From the NCBI GenBank assembly GCA_902801755.1, contig CADCJM010000004.1:4982-68981 (forward strand): a DNA stretch of 64,000 nucleotides. Reading direction: 5' to 3'. This DNA is from Oscillospiraceae bacterium (GTDB taxonomy: Bacteria > Bacillota > Clostridia > Saccharofermentanales > Saccharofermentanaceae). Every line of letters begins with the position of its first letter. Positions within the stretch are counted from its first letter, which is position 1. Shown piece by piece: positions 58,264 to 64,000 of the stretch. Under the pieces are notes generated by a model that saw only the letters and a program-made list of their open reading frames with translations, did no database searches and had not been told where the DNA came from. Position numbers and translations under genes: made by a program.

Positions 58264-59565
58264 TTATTGATAAAGCTTACGCTTGTCTGTAACGTGCTTG
58301 CTCTTGCCGTCGAAATGCTCAAGGCCGTTGGGCTCAACGAGCTTGACCTTTGCATTAAGGCCGATAGCCATCTTGAGCTTATCATGAACTGCCTTGGAAA
58401 GCTTCTCCAAAGACTTGATCTCGTCTGTGAAGACGTTTTCTGCGACTTCTACCTGAACTTCGAGAGTATCGTTGTTGTCAACACGGTCAACTACGAGCAT
58501 GTAGTGAGGTGTAATTCCTTCTACTGTGAGGAGAGCTGCCTCTACCTGTGAAGGGAAAACATTTACGCCGCGGATGATGAGCATATCGTCGGATCTGCCC
58601 TTGAAGCGCTGGATCCTTGCCATCGTACGGCCGCACTCGCACTTGTCGTACTCGATGGATGTTAAGTCCTTAGTCCTGTAACGGATAAGAGGCATACCTT
58701 CCTTGGTGAGGTTGGTGATAACGAGCTCACCCTCAGAACCCTTAGGCAGCTGCTTTAATGTTGAAGGATCGATGATCTCCGGGAGGAAGTGGTCTTCCCA
58801 GATGTGAAGTCCCTTATGGAATTCGCAGTCGCAGGCAACGCCGGGGCCCATCATCTCTGTAAGGCCGTAGATGTCGTATGCCTTGATATGGAGTCTTGCC
58901 TCCATCTGATCGCGCATCTCGTTTGTCCAGGGCTCAGCGCCGCAGATAGCGGACTTAAGCTTGATCTTGTCAACAAGGCCCATCTTCTCAAGATCCTCTG
59001 CGACATGCAGGAGATAAGAAGGTGTGCATGCGATAGAAGTAACATCGCAGTCGATCATCATGTCGATGAGCTTCTGGGTATTGCCTGTGGACATAGGAAG
59101 AACCAGAGCGCCCAGATATTCAGCACCGTAGTGGGCACCGAGACCGCCGGTGAAGAGGCCGTAGCCGTAACCGACCTGGATGATGTCATCTCTTGTGATC
59201 CCTGCCATTGAGAGGCATCTTGCAACGCACTCAGCCCAGATATCGATATCACGTCTTGTATAGACTGCGATCTTGGGCTTTCCTGTTGTACCTGAGGATG
59301 CGTGAACACGTACCATCTCTGATCTGGGAACTGCAGCCAGTCCGAAGGGATATGTGTCTCTTAAATCTGCATATGTTGTGTAAGGCAGCTTATCGAGATC
59401 CTCGATGCCCTTGATATCGCCGGGCTCAAGGCCTACTGCCTGCATCTTCTTGCGGTAGTACTCAACGTTGTGGTAAACGCGGTTAACTACCTTGACGAGT
59501 CTTGCGCTCTGCAGCGCTTCGATCTCATCACGCGACATGCACTCCTTTGCTTCGTTCCAAATCAT
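58264..59565 (-). CDS. paaK: Phenylacetate--CoA ligase
   Basis: HASSGTTGKP, YGLFTGGLG, GAEPW, IYGLTE, RYRTKD. Confidence 0.93.
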   Translation of the reverse strand: MIWNEAKECMSRDEIEALQSARLVKVVNRVYHNVEYYRKKMQAVGLEPGDIKGIEDLDKLPYTTYADLRDTYPFGLAAVPRSEMVRVHASSGTTGKPKIAVYTRRDIDIWAECVARCLSMAGITRDDIIQVGYGYGLFTGGLGAHYGAEYLGALVLPMSTGNTQKLIDMMIDCDVTSIACTPSYLLHVAEDLEKMGLVDKIKLKSAICGAEPWTNEMRDQMEARLHIKAYDIYGLTEMMGPGVACDCEFHKGLHIWEDHFLPEIIDPSTLKQLPKGSEGELVITNLTKEGMPLIRYRTKDLTSIEYDKCECGRTMARIQRFKGRSDDMLIIRGVNVFPSQVEAALLTVEGITPHYMLVVDRVDNNDTLEVQVEVAENVFTDEIKSLEKLSKAVHDKLKMAIGLNAKVKLVEPNGLEHFDGKSKHVTDKRKLYQ

Positions 59566-59594
59566 AAATGGTGCCCTCCTGTAATGCGGGGTGT

Positions 59595-60317
59595 TTATTT
59601 TCGTGCGGTCTTAAAACCGTTGACGATGATAAGTGCGAGCTCTTTGCCTTCTGTGTCGAAAGCTTTGACCTCATATAAACAGATAAACCTTCCGTCCTTG
59701 ACTATGTCAGCCGTGCAGGTTACCTTCCCGCCGTGCCAGGACCTTAAGAAATTCATCTGCGTTGCCTGGGTGACAGTAACAGTGTCGGAATCAAGTTCGC
59801 AGTTCTCGGCAACGGCAAAAGCAAAATCCGCCATCGTGTAATAGACTGCGCCCATGAGACCTCCGACAGCATTAAGGTGTCTTCCGTCAGGCTCAAGGCT
59901 CACAACGCTGTGGCCCTTCTCAACCTTCTCGATTACTATTCCTGTAGCTTCCGTGGCGTATTTGTCGCCCTCGAAAAACTTTCTTACTGCTTCAAGATCA
60001 ATCATTTTGTTCTTCGTTTCTGTATTACTTTCACGGTTCGATACAAACGGTTTGTATTCTGTTTTTTCAAGCGACTGGAAAAAACCGGACATAGATGGTT
60101 CGGTACCGTTCTCAAGGATGCTGATCTCGATCTTGTCACTCATCTCGTCAACGTTCCCGGCATTTATACCGGAAGCAGCTAACTGCTTTTCCAAGCTGCT
60201 TATTCCTGATTCATAAGCACACTTAAGACAAAAACCTTCATCAATGTCCGCACCATTCTCATGACGGCTTACAAAGATAATGGCATGTCTCTCAAAACAC
60301 CTGCTGCAGTAGCTCAT
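59595..60317 (-). CDS. PaaI-like hot-dog thioesterase fused to an N-terminal CxxC...CxxC domain
   Basis: HLNAVGGLMGAVYYTMADFAFA; N-terminus CSRC...CLKC. Confidence 0.8.
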   Translation of the reverse strand: MSYCSRCFERHAIIFVSRHENGADIDEGFCLKCAYESGISSLEKQLAASGINAGNVDEMSDKIEISILENGTEPSMSGFFQSLEKTEYKPFVSNRESNTETKNKMIDLEAVRKFFEGDKYATEATGIVIEKVEKGHSVVSLEPDGRHLNAVGGLMGAVYYTMADFAFAVAENCELDSDTVTVTQATQMNFLRSWHGGKVTCTADIVKDGRFICLYEVKAFDTEGKELALIIVNGFKTARK

Positions 60318-60338
60318 TAGTCGCCCACCGTTCAAGAA

Positions 60339-60914
60339 TTATTCTGCTGCGAGGCCCATTTCGAAGGCCTTCATATTGAGCTCAAGGAACTTTGCAGGAA
60401 CAGAAGCTTCGACAGCCTTTACCCACTCTTCCTTGCTGATCTCTTTGATGTACTTGGAGAAAACGCCCATGAGCACGATGTTTGTAGCCTTTGCGTTTCC
60501 TGCCTGCTCAGCGATCGTGAGTGCATCGATGGCATCTACCTTAGCTCCTGCAGCTTCCATCTTGGAGATGAGCTCAGAAGGATACTCAGCAGTGCCTGCG
60601 ATTACGGGCATAGGATCGATCTGCTGTGAGTTTGTAACGATCTGTCCGCCGGGTTTTAAGAACTGGACATATCTTGCAGCTTCCAAAAGCTCGAAAGAGA
60701 TGATGTAATCAGCTTCACCCTTATCGATGATGGGGGAGTTTACCTTGTCGCCGAACTTAACGTAAGTTACAACGCTTCCGCCTCTCTGGCTCATTCCGTG
60801 AACCTCTGAGACCTTTACGTCGTAGCCCTTGTCCATAGCGGCTCTGCCTAAAAGCTTACTTGCGAGGAGCGAACCCTGTCCGCCGACGCCTACTATCATT
60901 ATGCTTGTTACCAT
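60339..60914 (-). CDS. iorB: Indolepyruvate:ferredoxin oxidoreductase beta subunit
   Basis: GVGGQG, SEVHGMSQRGGSV. Confidence 0.95.
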   Translation of the reverse strand: MVTSIMIVGVGGQGSLLASKLLGRAAMDKGYDVKVSEVHGMSQRGGSVVTYVKFGDKVNSPIIDKGEADYIISFELLEAARYVQFLKPGGQIVTNSQQIDPMPVIAGTAEYPSELISKMEAAGAKVDAIDALTIAEQAGNAKATNIVLMGVFSKYIKEISKEEWVKAVEASVPAKFLELNMKAFEMGLAAE

Positions 60915-62662
60915 GTGATTGCCTCCCCGTTCAAATTCTCGAAAGCTCCGAACTTGCAGAGCTCGCTGCATACCTTGCAGCCGAAGCACTGTGTTGTGTC
61001 GACATGAGCATGTCCGTCCTTAAAGGAGATTGCAGGGCATCCTAACTTCATGCACGCCTTGCAGGACTTGCACTTGTCGGGGTTGACCTGAATAGGCTCA
61101 CCGCGCTTAACCTTCTTGAGGAGAGCGCAGGGTCTTCTGGAGATGATTACGGAAGGCTCTTCTGCTGCAAGTTCTTCCTTGACTGCCGCTTCTGCCTCAG
61201 CGAGGTTATAAGGATCTACAACTCTTACTCTGTTGATGCCCATTGCACGGACGAGAGCTTCGAGGTCGATCTTGCCTGCCGGATCACCACGGAGGTTAAA
61301 GCCTGTCGTAGGATTCTGCTGGTGGCCTGTCATGCCCGTGATGGAGTTATCAAGGATGATGACAGTGGAATTTGTCTGGTTATATGCAATATTTGCAAGA
61401 CCTGTCATGCCTGAATGCATGAATGTGGAGTCGCCGATAACGGCAACAGTCTTCTTCTCGGCATCAGCACCCAGAGCCTTGTTGAATCCGTGGAGGGAGC
61501 TTATGGATGCGCCCATGCACTCTGTCGTATCGATAGCGCAGAGCGGAGGCGTAGCGCCAAGCGTGTAGCATCCGATGTCGCCCAAGACTGTGAGCTTGAG
61601 CTTGGAAAGAACATAGAACATTCCTCTGTGAGGGCAGCCTGCGCACATTGCCGGCGGTCTTCCGGGAAGTCCTTCGATGGGCTTGCATGAAGGCTTTTCG
61701 GGGAGCCCCAAGCTTGTAGCGATAAGGCCCTGTGAGAACTCATCGATCAACGGGAAAAGATCCTTGCCTGTTACTTCAAGACCCAATGTCCTGCAGTGTG
61801 TCTCGATGATGGGATCAAGCTCTTCTACAACTACGAGCTTATCTACCTTGGCTGCGAAGTCCCTGATCTTCTGTTCGGGAAGCGGATTGATAAGGCCGAT
61901 CTTCAATACCGGATACTTGTCTCCGAATACTTCCTTAACGTACTGATATGAAGTGGAAGAAGTGATGATACCCATTGATGTATCAGAACCTTCCTCAACG
62001 CGGTTAAGAGAAGACTCCTCGGCAAATGCAACGAGCTTTCTTGTTCTCTCCTCAACGAAGGGATGACGCTTCTTAGCATTTGCAGGAACCATTACGTACT
62101 TTGCTGCATCCTTAACATAAGGCTTAACAGGGACCTCAATTCTCTCGCCTGTCTCTACGACTGACTGGGAATGAGCAACTCTTGTGCACATCTTGATAAG
62201 TACGGGTGTATCAAACTGCTCGGAAATATCGTAAGCCTCGATAACGAAGTCCTTTGCTTCCTGGGAATCAGCGGGTTCCAGCATAGGCATCTTAGCCGCA
62301 ATGGCATAATGTCTGGAATCCTGCTCATTCTGTGAAGAGTGCATTCCGGGATCGTCTGCAACGAGAATGACCATTCCGGCATTTACACCGGTATAGCTCA
62401 TGGTGAAGAGCGGGTCAGCTGCAACGTTAAGACCAACGTGCTTCATTGCGCAGTAAGATCTCTTGCCTGCTCTTGATGCGCCGAAAGCGGTCTCCATAGC
62501 GACCTTCTCGTTGGGTGCCCATTCGCAGTAGATTTCTTCGAATTTTGCAGCTTCCTCAGTAGTCTCGGTACTGGGAGTGCCGGGGTACGAACTTGCGACT
62601 GCTACGCCGGCCTCATAAAGACCTCTGGCGATAGCCTTGTTTCCAAGCATTAGTTCTTTCAT
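60908..62662 (-). CDS. iorA: Indolepyruvate:ferredoxin oxidoreductase alpha subunit
   Basis: YPGTPSTE, MKHVGLNVAAD, CAGCPHR, GDSTFMHSG, ferredoxin Cys clusters. Confidence 0.96.
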   Translation of the reverse strand: MKELMLGNKAIARGLYEAGVAVASSYPGTPSTETTEEAAKFEEIYCEWAPNEKVAMETAFGASRAGKRSYCAMKHVGLNVAADPLFTMSYTGVNAGMVILVADDPGMHSSQNEQDSRHYAIAAKMPMLEPADSQEAKDFVIEAYDISEQFDTPVLIKMCTRVAHSQSVVETGERIEVPVKPYVKDAAKYVMVPANAKKRHPFVEERTRKLVAFAEESSLNRVEEGSDTSMGIITSSTSYQYVKEVFGDKYPVLKIGLINPLPEQKIRDFAAKVDKLVVVEELDPIIETHCRTLGLEVTGKDLFPLIDEFSQGLIATSLGLPEKPSCKPIEGLPGRPPAMCAGCPHRGMFYVLSKLKLTVLGDIGCYTLGATPPLCAIDTTECMGASISSLHGFNKALGADAEKKTVAVIGDSTFMHSGMTGLANIAYNQTNSTVIILDNSITGMTGHQQNPTTGFNLRGDPAGKIDLEALVRAMGINRVRVVDPYNLAEAEAAVKEELAAEEPSVIISRRPCALLKKVKRGEPIQVNPDKCKSCKACMKLGCPAISFKDGHAHVDTTQCFGCKVCSELCKFGAFENLNGEAITW

Positions 62663-62789
62663 GTTTCTTCTCCTAGGATGTGAGTTTATACATAAATCAA
62701 TTTGTAGATTATACGACAATTCGCCTTCGGTTTAAACAAAACCCATTAAGAAAAATAATAAGAAATGAAATGTCAAAAGGCAGGAATCT

Positions 62790-63794
62790 TTATGCCGCGT
62801 CCTCGAAAACGAGATCTCCGGCCTCCACGGTCTTCCCGAAATAGTTGGAATACTTATACCTTGTGCCCGTGCACTTAGGGAGCTTCAAAGCCATTTCGAC
62901 CCTGGCATGGTAAAGGAATTCGCCATCAGTCAGGTTAAAGAACGGGTAAACAGACTCACCATAAGTCTCACTTGCCGTGTCATCCCAGAGGACGTCGATG
63001 TTATAGTACTCGCCATCCAGATACACGATATTCCATGCGTGTGCGCCGTCTTCCCCTGCAATACTGGAGTCTGTAGTTGTTCCGGGTACGTAATAGCAGG
63101 TAAGACCCGCCCTGTTCATGAGATACTGGAATGCCCTTGAATAGCCGGCACAGACAGATCTGTGAAGAACAATAACAGAATATGCGCTCTGGTTATACGG
63201 TGCAGACTCATCGTATGTGGTGTTCTTGCAGATATAGTCATGAATGGCGCGCTCGCGTTCCACCATAAACGGCTGGGATCTGGCACTGTCAAGGATGTCA
63301 TCAGCAGCCTTTTCAAATGCGACTTTCGCATTCTGGAGCTTATCCGGTGTATTTGCAAAATCAAAGAAATCGAAAGAGATATCCTGTATGCTTCCGTCAT
63401 CAGGATCGTAAGTATATTCGTACTGGTTGTCGATCCAGAAGAGCTCAGGATGGTCGTTAAGCACAGCATCTATAGCTTTGGTAAGCTGGTCAGCGCTGAC
63501 ACCTTTCACCTTGCATTCAAACTTCTGGCTGCCTTTTGAGAGTTCCTCATAAAGCTGGGAATAGATGTCCTTTTCCTTTGCGGTGAGCATGGAAAAATAA
63601 GGGTTCCGGTCTGCATCGAAATTAGATCTTATGTATGTTTCTGCTGTGGTTTTCGATGGTTCTCCGGATTCGTCATCATAGCCATAATCATAATCGTAAT
63701 CATAGTCATCAAATTCGTCCAGACACGCACAAAGGCCTGTAACAACGGCTAACATAAGCAGAACGGATACTAACTTAACTAATTTCTTATACAT
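62790..63794 (-). CDS. Transglutaminase-like domain lipoprotein
   Basis: Signal plus LCAC; VCAGYSRAF, HAWN, DVLWDD triad. Confidence 0.85.
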   Translation of the reverse strand: MYKKLVKLVSVLLMLAVVTGLCACLDEFDDYDYDYDYGYDDESGEPSKTTAETYIRSNFDADRNPYFSMLTAKEKDIYSQLYEELSKGSQKFECKVKGVSADQLTKAIDAVLNDHPELFWIDNQYEYTYDPDDGSIQDISFDFFDFANTPDKLQNAKVAFEKAADDILDSARSQPFMVERERAIHDYICKNTTYDESAPYNQSAYSVIVLHRSVCAGYSRAFQYLMNRAGLTCYYVPGTTTDSSIAGEDGAHAWNIVYLDGEYYNIDVLWDDTASETYGESVYPFFNLTDGEFLYHARVEMALKLPKCTGTRYKYSNYFGKTVEAGDLVFEDAA

Positions 63795-63830
63795 AAAAAC
63801 TCCCCTCGGGATTTGATCCTAAGGGGAATT
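63795..63830 (-). terminator. Hairpin after the partial upstream gene
   Basis: TCCCCT/AGGGGA stem plus U-tract on minus. Confidence 0.45.
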
Positions 63831-63859
63831 ATAAGTAAAAATCCGTGATTATTCTATCC

Positions 63860-64000
63860 TTAATTCAAATGCGTCTCATCTTCTTTAAGGACCAGCGCCT
63901 TCTCTTCTTCAGGGAGCTGTACCTCTTCGACACCAAGCACGACAAGCTCGAGTTCTTCGGGAGCGATCGCCTTTTTAGCGCGGAACTTGAGAGCAAGTGC
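63860..64000 (-). CDS. 3' end of an unidentified gene (partial)
   Basis: Open frame ...ALALKFRAKKAIAPEELELVVLGVEEVQLPEEEKALVLKEDETHLN* with host-like codons. Confidence 0.6.
   Translation of the reverse strand, partial: ALALKFRAKKAIAPEELELVVLGVEEVQLPEEEKALVLKEDETHLN

Noticed and set aside
277-63539. Numerous 60-240 aa ORFs antisense to or overlapping recognised genes (e.g. 13804-14463, 50392-51102)
   Set aside because: Shadow frames of real genes with no RBS or motifs
63670-63715. ATC/GTA-rich periodic sequence as a possible phase-variable repeat
   Set aside because: Imperfect, in-frame DYDYDY coding low complexity
1-64000. Prophage, IS, integrase, tRNA or rRNA
   Set aside because: No recognisable motifs in the ORFs or intergenic regions

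Overview
Chromosomal window from an anaerobic Clostridia-class Firmicute. A rumen-type, probably non-sporulating lineage such as Saccharofermentans is plausible, but this is inference from gene content only. 1-9.8 kb holds the S10-spc ribosomal protein operon (rpsJ to a partial rplO) with its promoter and long leader. Next come hslO, ftsEX/M23, cdaR-msmK, an ArgR-boxed argC-B-D-F-GNAT operon lacking argJ, ispE-veg, fhs, and dnaX-ybaB-recR-yabO-divIC. An accessory zone (32-49 kb) has an AT-rich GT-C/methyltransferase pair, a degenerate HD protein, a BlaI/BlaR1(M56)-type module, a SCIFF/radical-SAM locus and an acyltransferase/esterase trio. The window ends with an ABC exporter pair and a phenylacetate/IOR cluster. 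Highlights: (1) a BlaR1-like sensor whose extracellular domain recurs twice in the neighbouring lipoprotein, with TTCTACA-N2-YGTAGA operators upstream of both units; (2) four apparent clean internal deletions (SRP-like RNA, lipoprotein 3' end, BlaI HTH, SCIFF C-terminus) that may be real or assembly joins; (3) no TAG stop among about 68 genes, but one in-frame TAG; (4) several pseudo-enzymes, a Clp/McsA-type Zn-finger-PaaI fusion and nested REP-like palindromes. No rRNA, tRNA, CRISPR or transposase was seen.
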